Origin: Felis catus
Taxonomy: Eukaryota
DNA length: 64,000 nucleotides
Reading direction: 5' to 3'
Assembly: GCF_018350175.1 (NCBI RefSeq)
Contig: NC_058383.1
Span: 28,770,001-28,834,000 of the forward strand
Numbering within the stretch: position 1 is the first letter of the stretch; the number at the start of each line of letters is the position of its first letter. Both the position numbers and the translations under genes were made by a program. The notes beneath the pieces are model-generated. The model made no database searches. It worked only from the letters and a program-made list of their open reading frames with translations, and was not told where the DNA came from. Positions 50,079-61,549 of the stretch are shown piece by piece.

Positions 50079-50899
50079 GTAATGGACACCAGTTGGCAGC
50101 TTCTCTCTGAAAGTATATGTGACCTTGACTTTGATAGTGACTGCATTCTGACCAGTTGCTGAAATAGCTGTGCTTCATTCACAGTTACACATGATATTAA
50201 AACAATGTCCGTTTTTTCTCTTCTCAGCGAGACATTTAATATATGTTGGGTAATATATTTTGTAAAAGGAAGGCATTTATGAAAACGAAATCCTGTAGCT
50301 TATATGGCATCGTTTCTCAGAGAGGGGCTGGCGGAGGGACCAAAGAATGACTGCTGTGTGCGTGTCTGCTTCCGGTTGCTTCTGCTGATGTGCTGTGGCT
50401 TCTGACCGCAGGTGCCACAGCTCAATCTGTTGGTGGCAGGGCCCTGTTGTCTGTGAAACCTCAGTTTATTTTTTTTTCATCTAGCTTAGCTCCCTATTTA
50501 GTTTCATGTTTAATTGTTTTAAATTTAATTTTTTTGGAGTAAGTCATTCTCCTTTTTCAAATATCAGAAGCTACAAAGAGTACAGAAAGGCAGTTATCAG
50601 TCAGCGATGTGACGGCACGTATTAGCCGAATCCAGAGTTGATGTAAATTCTAAAATGACAGTGACCTTGAATGAAAAGGGGGTATTTCCTTTGTACTCTT
50701 CCTCCCCAGCTTCTTGTTCTCCTTAGAGACAGCGGCGTTGCCAGCTTCTTGTGTACTCTTCAGAGATAGTCTGTGTGTAGGTATACACAAGCCGAGGGTC
50801 TGCACTCCCTCCAGGACGTAAACGCCGTTTGGTGTTGTGCACCTTGCTTTCGTCATCTATGTCTCGGGGTTCACTGTATATCAGTGCACAAGGAGCACT

Positions 50900-51480
50900 C
50901 TCCTGGAAGAGCTGCTTCGTTTTACTTGGGATGAGTGAACGGTGTTAAATCGCCTGTTCATGTTCCCTGTTGCAAACATTGCTGCAGCCGGTGACTTTGT
51001 ACGTGTGTCCTTTATCATACCAGCAAGTGTTTCTGGAGATGAAAGTCCTCAAAGTGGGACTTCTGGGCCAGGTAGGCTGTGTGTCTGTAATTTGGATAGC
51101 TCCTGCCGAGTGTCCCTCCGTGGAATTAGGCCAGGTTACAGTCCCACCAGCAGTACGTGAGAATAGCTCTTTCCCCACCCCTTTGCCTGCATGGCTGTTT
51201 GTAGACTTAAGGACCATTGCCAGTCTGCAAGGTGAGAAATGGTATTTCAGCATAATTTGAGTTTGCATTTTTCTCATGAATCAAGTTAAGTGGCTTTTTT
51301 ATATGTTTTAAAAACCATTTATATTTCCTTTGCTATGAACTATCTCCTGTATTATCTTCCAGTATATCTTCCAGTATCTGGAAGATATCCAGGATATCTT
51401 CCAGTATCTGGAAGATATCCAGGATATCTTCCAGTATCCTGTCTAATTTTTTGGTCTTTTTCTTACTGATTTACAGTTAC
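50900..51480 (-). mobile_element. Ancient L1M fragment
   Basis: TACAGTCCCACCAGCAGTA..GAG; GGTGAGAAATGGTAT..AGTTTGCATTT; CCATTTATATTTCCTTT are typical reverse-strand L1 ORF2-end remnants. Confidence 0.6.
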
Positions 51481-51927
51481 TTTTTATAAGGGACTGTATT
51501 CCATCCATTTTAATGATACATAAAACATACTTGGTTCCCTTGAATTTGCTGTACTGTTATAAGTAGCTGTTGAATGCAGGAAATTGACTTCATCTAATGA
51601 TTCTTTAAAAAAATTAATTTCTGCACATTTTGTCTCAGCTCTACACGCCATAGTTCTTATAGCAGGCATTTGATTTTTTTAAAAATGGGGGACAAAACTA
51701 TTCACAGTTTGTATATGTAGTAGATATTCAGTAAAATCTTCCTTAGATCATCATTACTTTTTACGCATTGAATTTTCTAAACTTATCTGGATTTCTGCCT
51801 TCTAGGCCATTAGGTGGATTTCAAGTCTGACAGATTTCTGTAGAAATGCCATATCTCTAGGTTTTGTCTTACTCCTTTATTCGTATTTTGACTAATACTT
51901 TTTAATATAATTGATTTTGATTAACAG

Positions 51928-52074
51928 AATCCAGAATATTGGAGAACAAGGTCATATAGCTTTGTTGGGGCATAGTCTGGGAGCTTATATTTCAACTCTG
52001 GACAAAGAGAAGCTCAGAAAACTCACAACTAGGATACTATCAGACACTACTTTGTGGCTGTGCAGGATTTTCAG
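51928..52074 (+). CDS. PDXDC1: PDXDC1 exon 5 (147 nt)
   Basis: AACAG|, IQNIGEQGHIALLGHSLGAYISTLDKEKLRKLTTRILSDTTLWLCRIF(R), CAG|GTAAGG. Confidence 0.96.
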
Positions 52075-52614
52075 GTAAGGACGTATATGAGTTGGGTACA
52101 GACTGTTTCCTGGAGCTCTGCTGCCTGAGTTCATGTAGGCCTTTTCCCCTCCCTCTTGGAAGGCTTGCATTTAAAAAAAAAAAAAAAAATCTATGTGCCT
52201 CAGTTTCCCCAGCTGTTCAATGGGGGTAACGTCAGTATCTGTTTCATGGCATAGTTAGGAGGAATAAATGAGTGAAAGAACTAGCTTATGTCAAAAGCCG
52301 AGAACATAAGCACATACATTTTGGATAATGTCAGCAGTTACTTATTTTTAGGATTCCTACTTGACACTTGTCTACAGAAGAAAGAGCAGGAAAGTGGTCG
52401 CAGGTATTTTTAATCAAAGGATTAGCTTCTCCTTTAGTAGAAGGAAAATGCTCCCATAAGGAAGTTGAGTATGTGTTATGAAATTGAACGCTTTATGCTG
52501 TGCGAAATATCACGCTTTATGCTGTGATAATGTTGGCATTATTAAGGAGTTATAGCACATAAGGATTCAGTAGAAGACACAGGACCAGTGGTATTTTGGG
52601 GCTTATGCTGTTAC

Positions 52615-52781
52615 TTTTTTTTTTTTAATGTTTGTTTATTTTTGGAGGGGAGAAGGGAGAGGGGGAACGGGCAGAAAGAGGGAGACAGAGGATCCAAAGT
52701 GGGGCTTGAACCTCACAAGCCGTGAGATCACGACCTGAGCCGAAGTCGGGTGCTTAACCGACTGAGTCACCCAGGTGCCAC
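52615..52781 (-). mobile_element. Can-SINE (internally deleted)
   Basis: Head and tail; degenerate TATGCT..T..CTTTT duplication. Confidence 0.8.
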
Positions 52782-53435
52782 TATGCTATTGCTTTTAAGG
52801 AAAAGGAATGTTTGCCTAACACTGGAAAATTTAACTTGACAGACTCCCTTTCAGATGTTGGAAAACAGCTTGGCCAAGCAAGAGTTTAAGTTTGCCTAAC
52901 TGAATCGCAAAGGAGAGATTTTCTTCTAATAAAAATCTGCCACCCGTAATTGAAATTCTCTCTCCTTACTTTTCTGGAAGATGGAGAAGAATAATTTGCC
53001 CCAGGCAGACAATAGTAAAAGCAGAAGTTAGGCTGACTAGCAGCTTTCACCTTTTTCTTTACTTGGAATGTTTTTGGACTGAAACTGCTGAGGACCTTGC
53101 CTGCGTTATCCAGTGCTGGCCTTCTTGTAGAGTAAGCTGAAACCGTGATCTCTGGCCTTTTTGTATCTAAGGGACTCCTATTCTCTGCTGCTTTTTTTCA
53201 TAGTTTCTGCTCTTTTTGGAGTATGGACAGAGGGTGATTGCATCCATTGTTTATAACCTCCAGCTGTTAAGGTGTGGTCAGCCATCTAGGATGAGGGCGA
53301 TCCCTATCTCCTTTGGGTGCTCTAGGTGAAAATTCCTAGATTAAGAAAAGAATTACTCCCAAGAGTAAAATGAGGATGTAAAACTGTCTCTTATCAGAGA
53401 CAAGAACACACCGAGAGGTGGCTGTGTCTTCACAG

Positions 53436-53625
53436 GTATGAAAACGGCTGCGCGTATTTCCACGAAGAGGAAAGAGAAGGACTGGCAAAGATCTGTAGGC
53501 TTGCTCTTCACTCTTGTTACGAAGACTTCGTAGTGGACGGCTTCAACGTGCTGTATAACAAGAAGCCTGTTATATACCTTAGTGCTGCTGCTAGGCCTGG
53601 CCTGGGCCAGTACCTTTGCAATCAG
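53436..53625 (+). CDS. PDXDC1: PDXDC1 exon 6 (190 nt)
   Basis: CACAG|, YENGCAYFHEEEREGLAKICRLALHSCYEDFVVDGFNVLYNKKPVIYLSAAARPGLGQYLCNQ, CAG|GTAATA. Confidence 0.96.
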
Positions 53626-54339
53626 GTAATATGGGATAAGGTAGACATGTGAAAGAAATGGTGTTCCTCTCTGTTCTGGAACTTTATAAAGTGCATAGGC
53701 CCATTTCTTTAGCCGTAGTTCTTTTCAAATGAAAAGAAACAATATGCTTGTTTTGTCAATATAAGAAAATATGTAAATAGATATTAATGAATTTTCAGAG
53801 GTGTGTATGTATATGTATTGCTTAGTTGCCCAAAGGTAACCACAGTTAACATTTTTCTTCCCCAGATTTTAATCAGAGAGTGTGTATGTGTTTTTACAAG
53901 GTTATGTTTGGCTTTTTTCACTTAGTGTTATAACAGGTGCATATCCTGTTTTAACAGTTCTTCAAAGTACAGTTTATTTTTAATATCTTCATAATAGTCA
54001 TTCAAGTCACTGTATAGTGTTTTAGCCAACTGTTTCCCTTTTGGACAGTTAGAGCATTTGCATTCTTTTGTTTTCTGTGACCATTTTCAGGAAGTGCTCT
54101 TTGCATAGTGTTAGGGACTTTTTTATGCATATAGCTTTTTCTTTATTTAGAAATTTCTATATTTAGAAAGTACTTTCTAGATTATATTCCTTAGATAGAT
54201 TTTCAGAGTCTGTCTAGAATTACTAGATCAAAGAGCATTACCATTTTTGACGCTCATGGGACGTCATTACGCTCATTGACATGTAGCCCGATTAGGGGGC
54301 TACAAAAAAAACGTTCACCCTCTTGGCCGAGAATGTTTT

Positions 54340-54975
54340 AGTTTTGTTTTTGGGTGTTTTTTGTTTTGTTCTTTTATTGAGAGAGTGAGAAAGAGAGTGA
54401 GCACAGGACAGGGTAAGCGGAGGAAGGGCAGAGAGAGAGGGTGAGAGAGAGAATTCAAAGCCGGCTCAGTGCTGTCAGCATGGAGCCCAACCAGGGCTCA
54501 AACCCACGGACCATAAGATCATGACCTGAGCGGAAATCAAGGGTCAGACGCTTAACCAACTGAGCCGCCAGGGGCCCTGTGAGGGTTTATCTTTTGTAAG
54601 ATGAAGGAGTCCTGTGGGGATCGGTGGGGGAAACTCAGGGACTTAGCTGATTTTGAGCTGTGGTCACTGGCAGCAGGAAATGACGTCCTCTTTTTGAGTG
54701 TGTACAGAATGAGAGATTTACAATGTCCTTACAGAAACCTGGAACAAATTACTTACTGAGTACCTACTACAGGCCATGTTCTTCTAGACCCACAGCTCCC
54801 TTGTCCCAGTCCCGTCTTCAAAAGCTGTATGGGGGGCAGGGGTGCACCTGGCTGACTCAGTCAGAAGGGCATGCAACTGACTTTTCATCTTGAGGTTGTG
54901 AGTTCGAGCCGCATGTTGGGCATTGAGCTTACTTTACTTTTTATTTTTACTTTTTTTTAATGTTTATTTATTTTT

Positions 54976-55009
<34 letters not shown>

Positions 55010-55177
55010 GTGCGAGTGGGGGAGGGGCAGAGAGCGAGGGAGACACAGAATCCGAAACAGGCTCCAGGCTCCGAGCTGTCAGCACAGAACCCGACGTGGG
55101 GCTCAAACTCACAAACCGTGAGATCATGACATGAGCCAAAGTTGGACGCTTAATCGACTGAGCCACCCGGGCACCCC
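54340..55177. mobile_element. SINEs in PDXDC1 intron 6: ~54340-54577 (-), short old SINE ~54839-54930 (+) whose tail holds ~54937-55177 (-)
   Basis: Typical structures; AGCTTACTTT duplication around the last copy. Confidence 0.85.
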
Positions 55178-56045
55178 ATAAAGCTTACTTTTTTAAAAAA
55201 TGTATATTTTTCATACCTAAAAAAATATATACGAATACTTAGAAAATGTTTAGAACGTTTTATACTAACAGTAGCTAATTGTTGGCTTATGGGGTGGGAG
55301 GGCATTTTCACTTTTAATTTCTTTTTTTTTTTAATGTGTGTTTTGCTCGGGTTTCCTTTCCTCATAATTTAAAAGAAGAATTTTTAAGGAGGGAGAAGGT
55401 GTGCATAAAGTGTTCGTTAAATGTTTGGTCTCTAAATGGTGCTACTAAGTCTAGTTACAGAACAATATGCTGCAACTGTTTAAAAATTCCTGAAAAATTC
55501 CTCAAAGCTGAAAATAAAGAATATAAAATGTATTTGACAGTTAGTATCTCCATTCATAACACTGACTTCACTCCTTTTAAGAAATGTACATCTGCTAATC
55601 CATATTTGTTGCTTGTTAAGAGTGGGTGGATCCATAAATAAGATACTGTTCTTTGAATGCCTTTTGCTGGTGTTATTTACCACTAATGCTCAGAGGAAGG
55701 ATCCTAAATTATCTCCCAAAATGCTCAAAGCTTGGTTGTTCCTTAGTTTGGAAAAGTGATTTGATTTTTTGTTATATTCTAGAATATAACAAAAATAATT
55801 ACCCATTTAGCTGACTCAGAGAATTTTACATTGTCTGTGTCTTCTTATAAGAACCTCAGCTGCTAGAAATTTTAGCTTGACTTTCTAGATATACTTTAAC
55901 ACATATTTATAATATTAGGAATTCCTAACAAGCGAGATTGTTTAAACAGAGTAACTGTGACTTGTCTTGGTGCCACAGTCTTTAGGGGACATAAGTGGAT
56001 GGTGACAAGGATCTTGATTACAGAATTGTGTGTTTCTTCTGGCAG

Positions 56046-56114
56046 CTCGGCTTGCCCTTCCCCTGCCTGTGCCGCGTGCCCTGTAACACTATGTTTGGAT
56101 CCCAGCACCAGATG
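56046..56114 (+). CDS. PDXDC1: PDXDC1 exon 7 (69 nt)
   Basis: GGCAG|, LGLPFPCLCRVPCNTMFGSQHQM, ATG|GTGAGT. Confidence 0.95.
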
Positions 56115-56938
56115 GTGAGTTCTCTCTTCGGTTTGTAAGATAATACAGAATTGTGTTTTGAAACGGTGTCTTCCTCCTTTCAGCTGAGGTTCTGTTTCCT
56201 GGCCTCCACATAATTATTAGTTTATTCGTTTATTGCTTGTATCTTCCCATTGCTTAATCCATGCTTCTGGGTTTGAAAGTCCGCGAGGGCTGGATGGGGA
56301 GCATCAGGAGCACCTGCCTCCTCAGGAATCTTGTCATTACTGTATCACCTGATTTAAGTAGAAACATGGGAGTCCAGATGAGCACCATAAATTTCTTCTA
56401 AAGTTCATCCTTTTAAAGGTTGTCACTGTTGCCTGGGTTTGTGAATGGGCAGATTTAGAAGATGAGGTTCTTTATTGTAATGTGGGATTGGAATTGGATT
56501 CTGCGTATTTTTAGGCTTTCCCATACTGAAGACAGAAGCAAAAAGGATAGGTTTTAGGGTCCTGTGTTTCTTTTTCCAAGGTACCTTGATTATCTGGTTC
56601 AGATACATCAGTGAGTAATATCAAAGACGGATTTTTGGGTACATATGGGGACTTGAGAGAACATTTTCTTTAAACCTTAGTGTTTAAAACTAGAGAAACA
56701 TTCATCCTGTATGTATACAGTTTTTGACTTTAATCTCATTTAACTGTTTTTTGTAGTTAGTCTTCAAGGGAAACTTTGATTTTCATCTCCCTGATTAGAT
56801 AAAATGGAAAAATGGTCAAGAATAAGAATTTTGTGTGGTTATTTTGAGAGTCCTTTGTTTTTGTTGAAAGTTGTAAGTTCTTACTGTACAGCTTTATGCC
56901 CGTTGCTTCATGTTACTGTGATTTGCCTTTCAATCTAG

Positions 56939-57017
56939 GATGTTGCCTTCTTGGAGAAACTGATTAAAGAGGATCTAGAACGAGGAAAACTGCCCCTTTT
57001 GCTTGTAGCGAATGCCG
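56939..57017 (+). CDS. PDXDC1: PDXDC1 exon 8 (79 nt)
   Basis: TCTAG|, DVAFLEKLIKEDLERGKLPLLLVANA(G), G|GTAGGT. Confidence 0.95.
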
Positions 57018-57399
57018 GTAGGTATCGTGAACGGAATCTGCCATTTGGATGTATAAGAGAAAGACAAGGTACTTAGCCTAAAAAAAAAAACAAAAAAAAC
57101 CTGGGTTTTGAGAAATGTTTGTCTGCCTCGTGTTTAAGGTAGTTTGTGTCAGCATCGTGGTGAGAATTAGAACACGGCACTCCTCGCATCCCCTTCAGTT
57201 GTTGGTTTGTTGGGGATTTACTCTGTTGGTGTGTATGCTTTTTCATTTAGGCTGTAAGTACTTCTCTTGCATGTGCTTCCTTTCTGAATCGCATCTTAAA
57301 ATGTCACGCTTGAAGGTCCACCTCGCATGCAGCAGTTCAGCTCCCACTTTCTGCTCAGCTTCCCATTATCGAATTCAGCATTATACTTGAAGTTTGAGG

Positions 57400-58052
57400 C
57401 AGTGCATCAGGGAAGAAAAATCATTAAGTGACAACACCTATTAGAAAGAATAAACTGTTTTTACTTGCAGACGGCATGATTATATAGATAGAAAGTCCTA
57501 AGGAAACTAAAGAAAGGCCTTCGGCACTAATAAGCAAATTGATCTGGAGTGCAGGATTTCTATGTACCAGCAATGTACAATTGAAGTTGAATTAAAATTG
57601 CCAGTCACAGGGGCGTCTGGGTGGCTCAGTCGGTTGGGCGTCTGACTTCGGCTCAGGTCATGATCTCGCGCTCCGTGAGTTCGAGCACCGCGTTGGGCTC
57701 TGTGCTGACAGCTCAGAGCCTGGGGCCTGCTTTGGATTCTGTGTCTCCCTCTCTCTCAGACCCTCTCCCGTTCATGCTCTGTCTCTCTCTGTCTCAAAAA
57801 TAAATAAATGTTAAAAAAAAAAAATGCCAGTCATAATAGCATCAAAAAAGTGAAAACTTTATGGTTAAATTGAACAAAGTTTATGCGAGGGGCACCTGGG
57901 TGGCTCAGTAGGTTAGGTGTCCGACTTGGGCTCAGTCACTTGGGGCGGTTCGTGAGTTCGAGCCCCGGGTCGGGTTCTGTGCTGACAGCTCGGAGCCTGG
58001 AGCCTGCTGCGGATTTTGTGTCTCCTGCTGTCTCTGCCCCTCCCCTGTTAAC

Positions 58053-58096
<44 letters not shown>

Positions 58097-59765
58097 TCAA
58101 AAATAAATAAACATTAAAAAAAAAAACACCCAAAATATATGCAAGATCTGTACGCTGAAAACTACAAAATAATGCTAAGAGAAATTCAAGAAAACCCAAA
58201 TAAATGGGATGGTATGCCATATGCTTATGTTGGAAGACTCAATATTAGAAAGTCTAATTTCTCCAATCTGTAGATTCTATAGACCAATCCCTATCAAAAT
58301 CTCGGCAGGCTACAATTTCTTATAAAAGTTGATTAGCGGATTCTAAAATTTATGTGGAAATACAGAGGATGTGAGAATAGCCAAAATAATTTTGAAAAAA
58401 TAAAATTCGAAGACATAGGCTCTCTGATTTTTAGACTTACTATAAAGCTACAGATAACCAGGAAAGTGTGGGAATAATTGAAGAGAATAGAGTTTAGAAA
58501 TAGACTCACGTGGGGGCATCTGGGTGGCTCAGTCACTTGAGCATCCGACTTCAGCTCAGGTCGTCATCTCACATCATAGTTTGTGGGTTCAAGCCCTGCA
58601 TCAAGCTCTATGCTGACAGCTCAGAGTCTGGATCCTGCTTCGGATTCTGTGTCTCCCCCTCTGTCTGCCCCTGCTCTGCTTGTGCTCTGTCTCAAAAATA
58701 AATAAACGTTAAAAAATAAAAATAAAAAAAAATAGACTTACATGTATATGGTCACTTGGCTTTTTACAGAGATGCCAAGTTATTTCAAGGGAAAAACGTG
58801 GGTCTTTTCCACCGGTGGTCTTGGAACAAGTAAATACCCATATGGGAAAAAAAAAAAAAAAAAAAAAACAACTGAACCTTAACTCTTCCCTCACTGTCTA
58901 TACAAAAATCAGCTATAAATGGTTTATAGACCCAAACCCTGCAAAAGGACCGCTTGCATCGTTTGGGTCTGTTGAGGCAGTTGGTGTGGGATTTGGAAGC
59001 TTACTGGGTGGGGTTCTGCTAACTGGAAGTTTAAGACAGTCAGGAGAATGCACGAGTTCAGGTTTTACTCATGCTCTGTGAAGAGGGACTTCCCTACCCA
59101 ACCTGTAGTGTATACATACTTAACAAGGGGTGGGTTAAAGTGTTCAGTATGTTTAAACCAACTTCAAAATGCATGTTCTGTTTTAAAACAAAGGACTTTT
59201 CATACTAGGTTTAAAAAAAACCCACAAATTTATCTCTGTGTATAATGGACACACCTAAATTAAAATAACCCAGGGGTATCTGGGTGGCCCAGTCGATTAA
59301 GCGTCAACTTAGGCTCAGGTCAGGATCTCACGGTTTGTGAGTTTGGGCCCCATACCAGTCTCTCTGCTGTCAGCACGGAGCCTGCTTGGAATCCTGCTTG
59401 GGATCCTGTCTCTCTGCCCCTCCCCGGCTCTCTGACTCACGCTGTCTCAAAAATAAACATTTTTTTTTTTTTAATGGTGGTTAATTAAAAAATAAACAAC
59501 CCAGTGGGGCCCCTGGATGGCTCAGTCGGTTAAGCATCTGACTTACGGCTCAGGTTGTGATCTCACGGTTCGTGGGTTCGAGCCCCGCGGAAGTCTTTGT
59601 GCTGACAGCTCGAAGCCTGGAGCCTGCTTCAGATTCTGTTTCTCCCTCTCTCTGCACCTCCCCTGCTCGTGCTCATTCACTCTCACTCTCTCACTCTGTC
59701 TCTCTCTCTCTTTCTGTCAAAAATAAATAAACGTTAAAAACATTTTTTTAAATAAAAAACATTAA
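57400..59765 (+). mobile_element. Old L1 ORF2 remnant in intron 8 interrupted by five plus-strand SINEs (57609, 57888, 58512, 59273, 59506)
   Basis: L1 motifs TTGCAGACGGCATGAT, TTGGAAGACTCAATATT, AATCCCTATCAAAATC, ACTTACTATAAAGCTACAG; SINE flanking repeats TGCCAGTCA and AAATAGACT. Confidence 0.75.
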
Positions 59766-60310
59766 TAACCCAGAAATGACAAAAAGCAAACATGGAAAAG
59801 GGTATCTTGGGCAAATGGTGACAGAATGAAAGTACTATAGTGGTGTTCGTGTGAGATAAGGTAGACTCCACGCTAATTAAAATTCGTGTAATCCGCTAAG
59901 GCACAGTAATTAAGAAAGCTTATGAACATATCTGAAATGTATAAAGGAAGACTAAAGGAAAAAATAGATAGGCTACAAGTATAAATTGACAAACCCACAA
60001 TCTTGGTGAGAGACTTTAATATGTTTCCCCAGAAACAACATTAAGTGGATGGAAAACAAGTATATGGAGATTTTAAGTAACAAAATTAACAAGCCTGATT
60101 TTATAGATACATAAAATGGAGACCATGCACGCTTCAGACCTTGAAAGATCAACTTGTAACAGTTGGTTTTAAGCCAGCTCACATATGCAATCTCAATAAA
60201 ACAGATACAGTGTTACTTCCTTCTTAGATAACGTATTTATAAGCTTTTATCCTGCCGTAAGGGCTCAAAGTATTCCTTTCAGTATCGTTTTTTTGTGTGT
60301 TTTATCCTAG

Positions 60311-60395
60311 GAACCGCGGCAGTAGGGCACACAGATAAGATTGGGCGTTTGAAAGAACTCTGCGAGCAGTATGGCATATGGCTGCACGTGGAGGG
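60311..60395 (+). CDS. PDXDC1: PDXDC1 exon 9 (85 nt)
   Basis: CCTAG|, TAAVGHTDKIGRLKELCEQYGIWLHVE(G), GG|GTGAGT; matches the group II decarboxylase GT...G..D...WLHVD region. Confidence 0.96.
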
Positions 60396-61248
60396 GTGAG
60401 TGCGGGGCGAGGGTGGCTCCGTGTTGGGCCTGCACCCAGTGCTTGGGAAAGAGTGGCCGTCTGTCCAGGCTCTTACTTTGTTGTAACGATTATCATGATC
60501 GGGAAGGGCTCTTTGGGTTGCGTAGTAAAGATAACAAAACAACCCAAAGTGGTGTCAGCGAGAGAAGAGATTGAATTGGCTCCCATAACAATGAGCCACC
60601 ATCTCCCCCCTCCCCCTCCCCCCACCCCCACTTGGCCTGATTTTCTCCATGTTGCCTCCATCTATAGATAACATTTTCCTATTTTGGTACAGAATAGTTG
60701 CAGTGGCTCCAGTTTGCTTTCCAGTTTGTGTTCTGAGGGTCATAAGTCCCGACAAACGCCTCCTACTGAGCCAATTGCCGTGGCCAGGGAATTGTAACTC
60801 GCCTGCGGTTCGGGTCATTTGCCCACCCCTGGAGCAGATGGTGGCGTCTCGTCCCCCCGAGGCTGTGGTCTGATAGAGGAGATTGGGGTGGTTCCCCAGA
60901 AGGACCTAGGGGAGGATACCCGGCAGCCACGGTGGTCCGTACTCAGCAGGCCATGCGGGCCGGGTTTTCATTTGATCTCTCTGGCAAAGAGTGATGACAG
61001 GAAAATAATAGCTACGAAAGATATAAAACGAGACATAAGACACGTAAAGTGCACTTTCAAGGTTTTGCCGAAATTGGTACACACCACATTTTCTCTTGTT
61101 GTTTTAAAAGCTGATCACCCAGCTGAAAGACACTTAAATGTCAGATTGGAACAGCACCTCCTTTTTTTTTCTTTTTCTTTTTTTTTTTTTTTTTAAGTGT
61201 ACTTAGGGAATAAGCAGCGATAAATAGTGTTGTGTTTTTTTCTTCCAG

Positions 61249-61297
61249 TGTGAATCTGGCAACATTGGCCCTAGGTTATGTCTCCTCGTCAGTGTTG
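61249..61297 (+). CDS. PDXDC1: PDXDC1 exon 10 (49 nt)
   Basis: TTCCAG|, VNLATLALGYVSSSVL, TTG|GTATGT. Confidence 0.94.
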
Positions 61298-61447
61298 GTA
61301 TGTTATGATTTACTAAATACTGTGTTTTTAAGAAGGAATTACAATGACCTAATCCCTGATGACTTCCCATGATTTTTATGAATTGAGGGGGGTGCTGGCT
61401 TTCGTGTACTCTGATGGTCTGTAACAAAACCTTGTTTTCTTCGTTAG

Positions 61448-61549
61448 GCTGCAACCAAGTGTGACAGCATGACATTGACTCCGGGCCCGTGGCTGGGTTT
61501 GCCGGCCGTCCCTGCAGTCACCCTTTATAAACACGACGATCCTGCCTTG
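61448..61549 (+). CDS. PDXDC1: PDXDC1 exon 11 (102 nt)
   Basis: GTTAG|, AATKCDSMTLTPGPWLGLPAVPAVTLYKHDDPAL, TTG|GTAAGC. Confidence 0.95.

Noticed and set aside
51353..51438. CRISPR-like or pre-miRNA reading of the palindromic array
   Set aside because: No unique spacers, mammalian context, and the stems with 1-3 nt loops do not match a typical pre-miRNA; kept only as a structural finding.
106..59726. Recurring 60-100 aa ORFs (MAQSVKRPTSAQVMISR..., GRGRERGRHRIGNRL...) that look like a gene family, and their tRNA-like heads
   Set aside because: All are translations of Can-SINE copies; the heads are tRNA-derived SINE promoters, not tRNA genes.
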